The notes under the pieces: model-generated
What the model was told of the DNA's origin: nothing
What the model saw: only the letters and a program-made list of their open reading frames with translations
Databases searched by the model: none
DNA from: Amoebophrya sp. A120
Lineage: Eukaryota; Protista; Dinoflagellata
NCBI GenBank assembly: GCA_905178155.1
Contig: CAJINV010000011.1
Span: 2,460,746 to 2,524,745 of the forward strand
Direction of reading: 5' to 3'
DNA: 64,000 nucleotides
Part shown: positions 12,884-24,274 of the stretch, piece after piece
Layout: each line of letters starts with the position of its first letter
Numbering within the stretch: the first letter of the stretch is position 1
Program-made: the position numbers and the translations under genes

Positions 12884-14980
12884 ATGCGCCGGAGCGGAGC
12901 TGGTGCTCCCAGGAGATCTTTCAACTCGGCAACGAGGCTCCTGCTGTCGCATTTGGCAGGAGCACTGCTCCGCGCGGCCTTATTTCCCAGTCCGATTTTC
13001 TTTTCCCTCTCCGCCACTGCCGTCCCAGTTCATCCGCCCACCGGCGCGAGCGACACACAGCACTCCGGCGCGACGAGCTCCACCAGTATTCATGTTATCG
13101 ATCTTAAGGGCGTTTCCGGGAAAAGGTTTTCCGGCGACCGAATCCGGACGAGCAACGTGCCTTTGAATTTTCAGGGCGTCCGGCAATCCGACCTGCGGCA
13201 CGAGCGCGAACACAAGAATTGCGCCAAATGGATCGTGGTCACGAGCATTTTCCCGCCCTCCGACGCGGTGCGAAAGCTGGGCGAGATGACGAAGAAGGGC
13301 TGGTGCTTCGTCGTTGTTGCGGACCAGAACGGGCCAAAAGATTACGACGACGTGGAAGGGGTTGTTTATCTCACCGTGGAGCAGCAGAAGCGATTGCACT
13401 ACCACATTATCGACATCCTCCCATGGCGCCACTTCGGGCGGAAAAACATCGGTTTCCTGTACGCGATCGAGCACGGTGCGCAAGTGATCTACGACACGGA
13501 CGATGATAACAGGATAAAGGAACTAGACATACCCATCTGGGGATCTTCATCTTCGGCAGGGGCTTCGACTGTTGCAACATCACAAACACCAACTACAGAA
13601 TCCTCCTCTAGTACTTTGGGCGCCAAAGAGTACGTCCCGTTGATGACGTACACGCCGGACCCCGCGTCTCGCCGGGGGAATTCCGCGGAGGAGTACTACA
13701 CCAACGTGATTGAAACCTTCCAAAAGACCGGCGGTGCCGCGGGGAGGGTCGTAAACACGTACTTGGACTTCCAGCCGAGCTGCGGTTTAAGGATTTGGCC
13801 GCGCGGATACCCGCTGGACCACATCAACGACGTGCACGATTCGATTCTGATCCCGTATAATTCATCCATGAGCTCGACAAGTAGCTCTTCTCCTGGTCCG
13901 CAAGCTACTCGTGCCGCCGGTAGTACAGCTACAAGAAACAAACCCCCTGCCGTCCAACAGTTCCTCGCGGACGAGGACCCGGATGTGGATGCCATATACC
14001 GGCTGACGGGAAAACTCCCGTGCCGGTTCGAGGAGAAAAATAAGGGGATCGTCGTCCCGAAGGGCAAGTTCACACCCTACAACGCGCAGTGTGTGGTAAA
14101 TCTGCAACCCGCGTTCTGGGCGTTGCTGTTACCGGTGACGTATGCATTGCAAAAATATCGCACTAGTGTGAACTGCATTACAAATTCATGACAGATGGAT
14201 ATGCAATTTGTCATGCGGTTTTACCTTGGAATGGAGATTTGTCATGCATGATTGCGATTACTACGAGTACGAGCACGATACTTTTGCAATGCATATCACG
14301 GTGAACGGTCGCGTGTCCGATATTTGGCGGAGCTACATCGCGCAGAAATTGCTCTGGGATATCGACGAGGTATCTATCAAATGAGAGACAATTTCATCCT
14401 CAAGAACATTGATTTGTCATGCTGGCTGCCCGAAGTATCAACGACAACGACTCTTAGTCGTCCGCATGCAATACAAATCCCGTAAAAAAAAACAGCACGT
14501 CGCGTTCATGCCCGCCCATGTCGTCCACGACCGGGTCTTCCACGATTACCTGAAGGATTTCCAATCCGAATCGGATCTCTACCTCAAATCCGCCGCGCTA
14601 GTGAAATATGCATTGCAAAAGTATCGTACTAGTATAAATTGCATTGCAAATTTTGGCAAGAAGAGAAGTGGAATTTGTAATGCTGTTTTACCTTAGGAAG
14701 AGGATTTGTCATGCATATTAGCAATTAGTGCGAGTGCGATACTTTTGCACAGGATATGAAATTCCTGTCCCAGTGGACGAGCGCCGCGCCGACGCTCGTG
14801 GAACGGATAGAGCAGCTGTGGTCGGAGTTGTACGAGCGAGGTTTCATCGAAGTTACCGATTTAAAACTGGCCCAGGCGTGGATCCGGGATTTGCTCGCGC
14901 TGGGGTACCGTTTTCCGGATTTACAAATCCCGAAGATCCTGTCGCGCGAACACCTCGCGGCGCACCATGCGGAATTGTAG
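12884..14980 (+). CDS. STELLO-like (DUF288) putative glycosyltransferase
   Basis: KWIVVTSIFPPS, RKNIGFLYAIEHGAQVIYDTDDDN, WPRGYPL, QQFLADEDPDVDAIYRLT, LPVTVNGRVSDIWRSY, AWIRDLLALGYRFP; GT-AG intron 14370-14495 and two TIR introns. Confidence 0.88.
14141..14295. mobile_element. Introner/MITE family B
   Basis: TATGCATTGCAAAA.TATCG TIR; repeat TGACG/TCACG; excision restores LPVTVNGRV. Confidence 0.9.
14607..14756. mobile_element. Introner/MITE family B
   Basis: TATGCATTGCAAAAGTATCG ... CGATACTTTTGCACAGGATA; repeat TGAAA/TGAAA; excision gives AALVKFLSQW. Confidence 0.92.
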
Positions 14981-15726
14981 AGTGCTTTTTGTGTAGGTGT
15001 AGCTGAATGGTGAAGACAAATGTGACCATTCCGGCGCATTGCGATTGTGAAGTACGTATCAAAGAAGTTCTTGAAGTTCTTGTTATTTCTGAGATGGACA
15101 TAGGCACGATCTGAACCTTGTTAAGCGCGGGGAGACGCTATTGAACTATTCAGGGTTGACGTAGAATACGCAAGTTTTAGAAAAGGCTCATCCCCATTGC
15201 TGATGAAAATTGTACGATCATGTTCATCCCGAAAAGTCGAAATGCCGCAACGGTCATCGTGGCCGCGCGTCTTCTCAGGATCAAGATTCACGACAGCTAC
15301 GCCACAACACACAAGTGAGCCGCGCTCTGAAATATATAACAAGTGACACAAAGAACAAATGCACGAGCACGTCGTGGCCGCAACGATCAGGTGATTCAAC
15401 GAAGAGGCTGAAAATGAAATGCAAGTGGATACGAAATGATTGCATAGTTCCCCCGATGAACAATTCGAATCTCTTGCTGGATTGGTCTCTTCACCGCAAA
15501 AGGATTGCAGACAGGTGGATCGTTGAACTAAGAGGTGGAAATAGTGGATATTTTTTCTATGGTGGTCTTCATCCGTGGAGACAAGATGGCCAAGGCTTTT
15601 TCTCTGACTGTAACGCATAAACGCGCCGCGATTTCTTATCTAGAAAGACATTCACATTCATTGACGCGTTAGATTATTTTCGTTTCTGCGATAGCCACAC
15701 AAATCCGTTCGAATTCGTCCCACAAC

Positions 15727-18051
15727 ATGTCGCAGCTGTTCCGCCCCTCTGCTCACGATGAAGTCCAAACGGCAGAGAGTTTCGACCTCTCGGCGGTCGC
15801 CGATGCCATCTGCAAGGAGATCTGTACCTTGCGAGACACTTCTCAACACGCGGGTCGTCCGCAGCGACGGTGGCGCATTGGGCTTCAGTTCCCGACGAGA
15901 AAAGGCTCAGTCACCGTGCACCGAGTTTTGATGGACTACATTCTGAATTGCCAGGCAGAAGATGATGAACATGCACAAGAGAGGCAGAGTAGAGATCGTC
16001 TCAGCACGTCCAGCGCAAGAGCACCAGGAGCTCCATCCACAAGAACAGCGTCTTCGTCGAGCCGTTCCCGTTCCACCCCGGAGCATGAGCAAAAACCCTC
16101 TTGTTCACGACAAATAAACAGCAAAGTCACCGAGCATGATTTCCAGCTCTGCATCCTGGGCGACAGTGACTACGGCGCCTGCTGCGTCGACGAGGTCAGC
16201 GCGAAGCATTACAACTGTGATCGAATTGTGCACTTTGGGAAAACATGTCTGAGCCTACCCCAGAGCATTCCGACATTATTTGTCCCAAGAACAACGGGGC
16301 TGAAGCTGAACCGACGGACCGAACCTGCTTTGCTGGAAAGACTGAGGGAACTGCGAGACACACTGAGGGATAGTGTTGAAGGAGGAGCTGCAGTAGACGC
16401 AGACGACGCGGATGCCCCAGATGCTCGTGAAGGTCCAGATGAACTTCACACCAGCTATCGCAAATCGAAACTCGTGCTCGTCTATGACGCTGGGTTTGAG
16501 GAAGAGGACCTGTGCAAGGCACTCCAACCCGATGTGGTCTTCTCCCTCCCTGAGGAAGTCCGAAGTTGGCGGTTTGTGTTGGCGAAAGGCAGTAGGGGGA
16601 CAAGTAGGACGCACCATGGCTTGTACCAGTACAAGGGCCAGTGTGATGAAAAAGAAAATGCTGCTTTTGCTTCTCATCGAGCAGTATCAGGTGGTGAAGC
16701 AACTTTCGGAGCGTCAACTTGCGGCTGTGGTCCGCACGACGGTAGCGACAGGCAGGCGAGCTACACCGGTTCTTCGATTTCTTGTGCGACTGATTCATCT
16801 TCCATGTGGTCACCTGCTGTCTACACGAGGGCGTTGCAAGCGCACGCCACCGGTTTGACCCCACTATGGTCCCGCTGGTTTATCCCGGATAATTCCCCGC
16901 TCGTCTGCGGACGCGTGTTGCAACGGAACCAGGTCGTTGTTGAGAGAGGATTTTCAACTTCTGAGAAAGAAGCCCAATCGCATCCAGATCTTCGACTACA
17001 GGCGTCGATTAAGCGGGGCTCTAATTATTTCCACTACGTCTACGTGGGGAACAGCCAAAGCCAGCTGGACGCGTTGGTTATGCGCTTCGGCTGCGTGCAC
17101 CACGTGAAACTTCTGCAGGCTGTGGACAACAAGCAGCAAGCAACAGTTGAGCAAGTTTTTTCTACCAATTTGATGCAAAAACGCTACAACGTCGGAGTGC
17201 AGGCGATCCGGAACGCCCGGCGTGTTGGGTTACTGTTCGCCACCGCGGATCGCCCATTCTTACAGACATTGGTTCTACATTTAGAGCACCACTTGCACCT
17301 CGCGCAAAAAGCCACCTACCGGGTTTCTATCGGAAAACTGGATGTGGCGAAGCTGTGCAACTTAGAAGAGGTCGATTGCTGGATCGTCCTTGCGTGTCCG
17401 GAGCGGTGCGGCCAGATCCTGGCGAAACAGCAGGAATTTCCGAAGCCCTTCGTCACCCCCTACGAGGCCCAGATCGCGCTCGACCTGCGATCTTGGGAGG
17501 GCGAGTTGGGGTATGTGACGGACCCCAGCGAGTTGGGGGCGGAATTGGATCGGGTTTTTAAAGAATCGGGCGCGAGTGGTGGCCCCGCGAATACGGGTGT
17601 TTTTGGTAGCGACAACGACGGTTCAGCGTCCGAGTACGAGGAAGAGACCGAGGACTTTCCGGAGATGGAGCGAGAAGACATGTCAGCTGTCACAGGCAAT
17701 GACCCCAGAACAACAAGCACGGTGGTAAACGATCATCAGAATTTGAAGACGAACTACGATAGTACAGATGAGAATCGGCCCCCCGGATCGCCAGCAAACA
17801 CTAGAAAACCTCCAAAGTGGAACTCGACCTTGCCGCAAAGTGGAAGAAAAAAACAGGAGGACACAGCATTACGTCGGAGAAAACGAAACTATCATCAAAA
17901 GATGTTGACCACCGGTAACGAGGCGCAGGATGCGCTCTTGTTCGAAAATTCCCGGCGCGCATGGCAGGGCTATGTCGACACACCAGCCGCGCCAGCGGTG
18001 CTCACGAAAGGAATGACTGGGATTGCGTCGAAGTACGAAGGGGAGGAATAA
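15727..18051 (+). CDS. DPH2: Diphthamide biosynthesis protein 2
   Basis: RIGLQFP, ILGDSDYGACCVDEVSAKHYNCDRIVHFGKTCLS, IGKLDVAKLCNLEEVDCWIVLACPE, FPKPFVTPYE, C-terminal RAWQG..GMTGIASKYEGE. Confidence 0.9.
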   Translation: MSQLFRPSAHDEVQTAESFDLSAVADAICKEICTLRDTSQHAGRPQRRWRIGLQFPTRKGSVTVHRVLMDYILNCQAEDDEHAQERQSRDRLSTSSARAPGAPSTRTASSSSRSRSTPEHEQKPSCSRQINSKVTEHDFQLCILGDSDYGACCVDEVSAKHYNCDRIVHFGKTCLSLPQSIPTLFVPRTTGLKLNRRTEPALLERLRELRDTLRDSVEGGAAVDADDADAPDAREGPDELHTSYRKSKLVLVYDAGFEEEDLCKALQPDVVFSLPEEVRSWRFVLAKGSRGTSRTHHGLYQYKGQCDEKENAAFASHRAVSGGEATFGASTCGCGPHDGSDRQASYTGSSISCATDSSSMWSPAVYTRALQAHATGLTPLWSRWFIPDNSPLVCGRVLQRNQVVVERGFSTSEKEAQSHPDLRLQASIKRGSNYFHYVYVGNSQSQLDALVMRFGCVHHVKLLQAVDNKQQATVEQVFSTNLMQKRYNVGVQAIRNARRVGLLFATADRPFLQTLVLHLEHHLHLAQKATYRVSIGKLDVAKLCNLEEVDCWIVLACPERCGQILAKQQEFPKPFVTPYEAQIALDLRSWEGELGYVTDPSELGAELDRVFKESGASGGPANTGVFGSDNDGSASEYEEETEDFPEMEREDMSAVTGNDPRTTSTVVNDHQNLKTNYDSTDENRPPGSPANTRKPPKWNSTLPQSGRKKQEDTALRRRKRNYHQKMLTTGNEAQDALLFENSRRAWQGYVDTPAAPAVLTKGMTGIASKYEGEE

Positions 18052-18796
18052 GTAGTTGTAATTACGAGCTGAAGTACTATAGTTTTTCCAGCTTATTTGC
18101 GATTATGGTCCTTCTCATAAAAGGAAAAGCTTGTCGACTTCTCTGATGATTTCTGCAACATAACCCGCGAATATCTTTCGAACTTGAAGTAGCGACATGG
18201 CATGTACATGAAAAATAAAAAGGTTCTGAAAAATGAAATGCGACAATGTATTGCAGGCTGTAGGATTCTACATCTACCTTGCATGAGATTCATAGCGACG
18301 ATGAGGTTTCTTGCTGTACTTACATAGGCTTCAGCTCTTCCTGATACATTCATGATCTTGCTGAGTTTTTCTGTTCCACTGTAGCCATGAGTATCTTTGT
18401 GAGGGCTGAAGCTCAAGAGTGACCACGGAGAGGCTCTCCTGTTAATGTTCTAGCAGATGTTTTGTTTTGTTGGTTGTTCGTCATTGTTTTCAGCGTCAAC
18501 GGTGTGGTTGGAAGTTACTGCCGCTTCATTACCCTTAATCTCGTCTACGTTTTGCGTAGACAGGCAGGAGAATGAAAATGCCAAAGGCAAAGCAGAGCCC
18601 TCTCATCTGCACCCGCGGCGGTGATCTTGTTCTCCCGACCGCTGGCGCACGGCTACGACGTATGCTGAGAGAAGTCTGTCCCAGGAACGAGTAGAATGCA
18701 CGAAGCTTACTAGACGTAAATCGCTGGCCTCTTTGGCTTTGTACGCTTTGGCAAGAAACCAAATGTGAATATTAGACAAAAAGCTGATAATCCAAG

Positions 18797-19903
18797 ATGA
18801 CCGACCCCATGATGCGTAGTTCCAAGCAAAGCAACTCCGGCGCTGGAGGTGAGATCCCGACCGGACCGGAGAAGCTAGATCACGTTTTCGGGAGCAGTCA
18901 GGGAGATCACCTTACTTCGTCTGTTGCCAGCACGAGGAATAGTAGTTCTGCCGGTTCGGCTTCGTCCTCCTCGTCTTCAACCTCTAATGCGACGACAATT
19001 TCGGCTTCGAGCGCCACGAAAAACTACTATGTCGGGAAACACGGCAGCAACAGCAAGCCCCCAGCCACTCTTGTTCCCCGTCTGCAACTGGGGAGTAAGC
19101 TGCCACTTTCCGCGCAGAAGCCGCACTTTCGTGGCGGGGATGGATCCTCCGTTAGCGCTAGTCGCACCGTTGCGAAGAAAAAGGGCAGCTATCAAGACGC
19201 AACCCCAGCGACAATCTTCGACGAGGATGAACAAATAGATGAAGTCCAAGTTCATGTTGGACCACACGCAGGCGCAAAGGAACAGCTGCAAGAGGAAACC
19301 CACGCAACCTTCCACGGAGCAAGCGGTTCGGACGTCGCCACCGAATTCGACTTGGAAGAGGACGAAATGGCAATGACCAGAGAAGAACTCGCCCGGGACC
19401 TGGGCTTCTCCCCCCGAGCGATTTTCAGCGACTACCGCGAAGAACCGAGCGAAACGAGCAGCTATCACGATCGTACCGAGACGAGAAGTGGTCGTGGTCC
19501 GCCCGTAAGTGCGGGCAAGACGAAATTATCGTCGACGTCAACAAGAACTGGTTCTGGTAGAGGTGCTCGAGGTATATCAAGTAGAATGGCGGCGGGTGAT
19601 TTCTGGAACACGAATCCTGATGTTGTTTTCGAGCAAGCAGATGGCGTTGCAACCGAACTGCAGGACCACCAGCGATTGTACGACGACGAGAAGCAGGAGG
19701 AGACCACCGAGCTACGGATCCGATACGTGGCGTTTTTCGTTCTTCTGCGCGTCGTCCTGTTTATCTTTCTGGAGCACGGCGGTGGTTCTCGGGCGGGGTT
19801 TCGGTGGGCACCGGACAGCGTACAGTTTTTGAAGAGCAGGAGGAGTAGAGCTGTGGGAAATGGAGGAGAAAAGCCTTTGGTTGACCATGGGGGTGCCAGT
19901 TGA
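18797..19903 (+). CDS. Hypothetical Ser-rich protein (3' structure uncertain)
   Basis: 368-aa ORF with composition like neighbouring genes; no recognised domain. Confidence 0.45.
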   Translation: MTDPMMRSSKQSNSGAGGEIPTGPEKLDHVFGSSQGDHLTSSVASTRNSSSAGSASSSSSSTSNATTISASSATKNYYVGKHGSNSKPPATLVPRLQLGSKLPLSAQKPHFRGGDGSSVSASRTVAKKKGSYQDATPATIFDEDEQIDEVQVHVGPHAGAKEQLQEETHATFHGASGSDVATEFDLEEDEMAMTREELARDLGFSPRAIFSDYREEPSETSSYHDRTETRSGRGPPVSAGKTKLSSTSTRTGSGRGARGISSRMAAGDFWNTNPDVVFEQADGVATELQDHQRLYDDEKQEETTELRIRYVAFFVLLRVVLFIFLEHGGGSRAGFRWAPDSVQFLKSRRSRAVGNGGEKPLVDHGGAS

Positions 19904-20618
19904 CGAAATGGAATTGATAGTCTCTGACTTTTCTCCTGGTGCAAAGCATCAGACGTATCATTGGAAAATGTAAACAAGGCATCGTTTGTTCCCTCTGCTG
20001 CAGCGAAAGCGATCATTTTTTCACATCTGTGCGTTGAGCTGTTCTCGAGAACCCTGCAGTGGCAGGTCGAGGTAGACATTGTTGATCTGCGACACCTGCT
20101 ATCCTGATCTTCAGAGCTGATCATTCATATGCGATCGTGAACAGAATGACAAGTTTTTCTTTTTCCAGAGTTGTCAAGTTTTTCTTTTTCCAGTTGCTGT
20201 TTCTTAGAAAGCACTTTGAAGCTGATGAAGCGTCCGCGATTTTCATTGCTATGTTGGTCTCGGACGCAGCTTTACTTTGTCTGATCGATCCGCGCACTTA
20301 TTAGTCTCGCAAATCAATCTGTGTCTGTGCCTCGGAGGCTGCACGAGCAGAAAATACGTGGTAGCGCTTTTTGGTTATGCATCTGGATTTGAAAAAAAAG
20401 CACAATGTTGCGGTGCCTTTCGCTACAAGACAAAATCAATCCATTAACTTGTCGAAATTATAACCTCAGTACAGGTTTGTAGAGCAGACAGAATAAAAAT
20501 TATGCTCGAATGAAAGGAAAAGGAGTTGAGTAGGAGGCCCTTCTTTTTGAATTTAAGTACTTTACTTTGCTTTTCTTTCTTGGTTCTTCGTAGCAATTCA
20601 ATTACAGCTAGGAACAAA

Positions 20619-23415
20619 ATGCCATCTCCACCTAGTGCTTCCACTTCGAAGTCCACAGTTGTACCCACCACGAAAACCGGCGAGAAAGTTGATCCATTCG
20701 CCGCCTTGCCAAGCAATGTTGGGCTGCAAGTAGTGCATTTTCTGGACTTGCGCAGCGCAGACCGGTTCAGCAAGACCAGCGGTGCTTGCCGTCAAATTTT
20801 CGATGGGAGCGTGGAGAGCAGCACCAGTGTCAAATGCCCGGCTCTCTTCGTGTTGAATCTCTTGGACGGGTTTGGAGCCGACCTGGATTTTTTGGGTTGG
20901 TTGGACGTCACCAGTCTGGCGCGACTGCGGGAAGTTTCGATCATGTTCAAAACGTCCGTCGATGCGTATCTAATCTCCGACCGCGTGGTCCCGCTGTCGC
21001 CGCCGCTGCCGCCCGTTGAGGCGAGGGAGGAGCGCAGGAAGATCGCAGACGAGGACTCTCTCAGCCTGCGCCGCACGCGTCCGGTTCTTCACCTGCTCAG
21101 CATGCCGCATTCATCCAAACCTGAGCACGAAGACGCGAGCGTTCGACGGGTAGAACTCTTCAGAAACACCCGGTGCAGGACTGTAGCCGACCTCGATCGC
21201 GCCGGCGCGCCATGGTGCCGCTTCTACTTGTTGCGAGCCGGGTTGGACTGTCGCCAAGAAGCGGTTTGCAGGTTGATGTCGTTCAAAGAGGGAAACGACC
21301 GCTTCGCAGTCAAAAACGACTGGAGTGCGGCCGAAAAATGGATAAACCTGCGGAATAATATTTATCCTTTTTCGCTTGACCGCAGAGAACCTCACAGAAT
21401 AAGTCTGCTGCGCGTGATCCAGAATCCGTTTTATTGTGCATGCGCGATGAAGCTGTCTTGGAACTACAATGACTACCCGCAACCGGCGCCTTTGTCGTGC
21501 TTTTTTGTAGTGCTGTTTCACTACTGTGCGTTGCTCAAATCGAAGCAGGCACAGGAGACCGCGGCTCCTTCGGGTTCGGACGAACGAGGCGAAGAAGTAC
21601 ATAATACAGCAGACCCAGATCAACACAGCAAGCACCTCCTACAGGAGCAGGAGGAACACGATGTCACAATGAAGGAGCAAGAAGCTTCAAGTGGGGATGG
21701 AGGCGAAAAGGTCAATGAGGACGACGACGGCAAGACCAAGACACCAGACGAATCCACCAGCAAGCCCAGCAGCTTCAGCGACCTCGCGACGGACGCCAAC
21801 CTTCAGGCCAAAGACCGGCTCGCCATTCAGCAGAGCTGGAGACAGTCTGGCTTTGCCCTTCTGATGCTCGTCATTGACTTTGCGCGCTACTTCTATCGTG
21901 TGGAGAATGGGCGGCTACCGGAAAGCGAGGTTGATGACGTTGTCCTGACTGAAGTTGGGGATTTTCTTCTGGACGCACTAGAAAAGGGGAAACCAGTTAC
22001 AAGTTTTTGTGCAGACGGCTTCTTTTGGACTACAACCCCAGACCAACGCGTTTTGCAAACGGAAGCACCGACTTGGAGCAAAAGGCAGCGACGGACAGTA
22101 AATTCATCGATGTTCTTTTTCATTTTCATCGCACGGAAGACTACAAAAAGCAATTCTTTTTCATTCGTCCTATTATTTCATCCCCCTTGTTCGTGTACTA
22201 CACGGAGCTTGGTTTCCTTTGATTTTATCAAGCGATGATGACGAACTTTATCCTACACCACAGTTATTGGACCACTGGTTACAGGCAGAGATTGAGTTTG
22301 GTTCGGAAGGGCTTTTTCAGATTCTTAGGCGACAGGAGCAGTTGACGCGCATACTGCCCCTACTCGCAAGCACCCTGTGGAACCAGACCCTTCGGTGGTT
22401 GCTACGGAGAAGCGCGCGGGGCGGCATGACCAGCGATGCACAGTTGTGCTTCCAGTTCCTCAATGTGCTAGATCCCTCCACCGCCAGTCTTGCTTACGAT
22501 TTGAGGGATGAGGGCAGCGACCTGAGCTACAATTACGAGAGCGACAATGAGGCCAGCATGGAGGTCTCTGGTGACGATGAAGATGGAAGCGACGAGGGCG
22601 ATGCGTGTAGCTCAGACGCGCCGGTGGAGTACGTGCTGAAAATTACCAACGAGGCAGTGCTAGCAACAGATTACGCCCATTGGTTTCATTGCCGGGCGAA
22701 AGCGGCGCGTACGGAAAATGACCCTGAAAACCTATTCATGATGCGTAACGAACCCCTGCGTCTGCGACGAGTAAACAATTTTAGCTACATGAAGAAATTC
22801 TCCCTCCGAGTCCGGAAGTACTACGAGCAAACAGAAGAGGACGCAAGGAACTTCTTCAAAAGTGCGGTTTTCTTGGAGTCGCCGCGCGTGCAGCAGTCTG
22901 TAGCCAAGTTTCTGGAAGCCTGCAGACCTGGCTTGGCAGCTTTTGCGGAAAACGAAGACGTGCGCTGGGGCTGTTCTGCTTTAATTCTTTTGCCGTTACT
23001 GGACCTTTTGGTGGAGCTTGCGCCGGTGCTTGGAAAAGGGTGGGCGGCCACGATTTGTGGGTACATGTTTCCGTACGACAAGGAGGAGCTGGGGCGCGAC
23101 GATTCCACACTTCCTCGTTGGCTGAAAGAACCGTGTAAGCGAAGAGTTGCGACCCTGGACGGCCAAAACGAAGTGGACCTGAACTGGATAACGGCAGCGC
23201 TCCATGGGAAGCAAGGTCACCTGTTCGAGCCGGAAGAAACGGAAGAAGACACAAATTCCATTCCCCGCGGTGTGCTGACTTCCCATCAAGCGAAAGAACT
23301 TTGCCGAAAGCGACTAGCGGAGAATCCCTGGCTTCTGGGAGTTATGAAGTTGGACGCTAAAAATGTGCGGCTGCTATTGCGTTATGTAGTAAGCATGTAC
23401 GCGAAAGCGAATTGA
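20619..23415 (+). CDS. F-box-like protein, paralog 1
   Basis: N-terminal PFAALPSNVGLQVVHFLDLRSADRFSKTS; GT-AG intron 22098-22263; colinear similarity to 24275-26776 (FFVVLF.Y.ALLK, DRLAIQ..W..S.F, LA.NPWLL). Confidence 0.65.
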
Positions 23416-24274
23416 AATTGTGCGTGGTACGAAGAGGAATCGAAATGCTCTTCGACGAGGAAAATACATGCAGCTACGACGCACGTGATTGAAGGCGAAC
23501 ATCGCCTTCGCAAGCTTCCGATACAGCTGAAATTGGTCTGTGGTTACCACGTTTGCATTCAAAATCCGTGCTGCAGCTCACGAACCAATTCCAATAGCAG
23601 ATGCGCGCATGAGACTTTGGCTTTCATAATTTCCCGTGCGCCGAAGGTAAAGAGGAGGGGGGCTATAGTTGTGGGAGGCGATTCATCAGACTCGGAATTC
23701 GATTATGATGCAGCTCTAAGCGGCTCTGATAGAGATGAATAAGCTTGGAACTGCGACGCTGATAATGCAAAATGGTACTAGTCAAGATCTGGAAGTGGAT
23801 GTTGTTGTTGGCAGATTATTTTCCTATACCTATTCCCCGATCACGTGTTTACAGTGCAGCAGCACGATCCACCCCATAGCAGATGCTAGGTGCTCAGGCA
23901 CTTGTTGCACGAAACCGCTTTTGTCCCCTCATCATCAGAAACTGTTCGAGACAAGCTCTTTGTTTACGTTCGTTCGAGTTGCAGGTGCTTGCAGCCACGA
24001 TCCATCGATATCCATCAAGACATGCTTCTTGCTAGGATCTCCATTGCCGAAAGCAGTAGCAAGACAAAATATGATCTTGACCTCGAGATCTTTGATCTGC
24101 GCCCTATTTTTGCTGATGTTCAATGTTCTCCTGGCTCTTGGGTTGCTTCGGTTGCATCAAAAAAAGCTGCGTGGTTCCAGAAAAAAAAGCTTAAGGTGAA
24201 TGTAAAAATGTAAATGTTTTGATTGGTCATCGTCATGCCAACAACGTAGTACTCGCACATCAATCTTTATCAAC

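Noticed and set aside
20150-20193. Short tandem duplication CAAGTTTTTCTTTTTCCAG
   Set aside because: Simple slippage duplication with no further structure.
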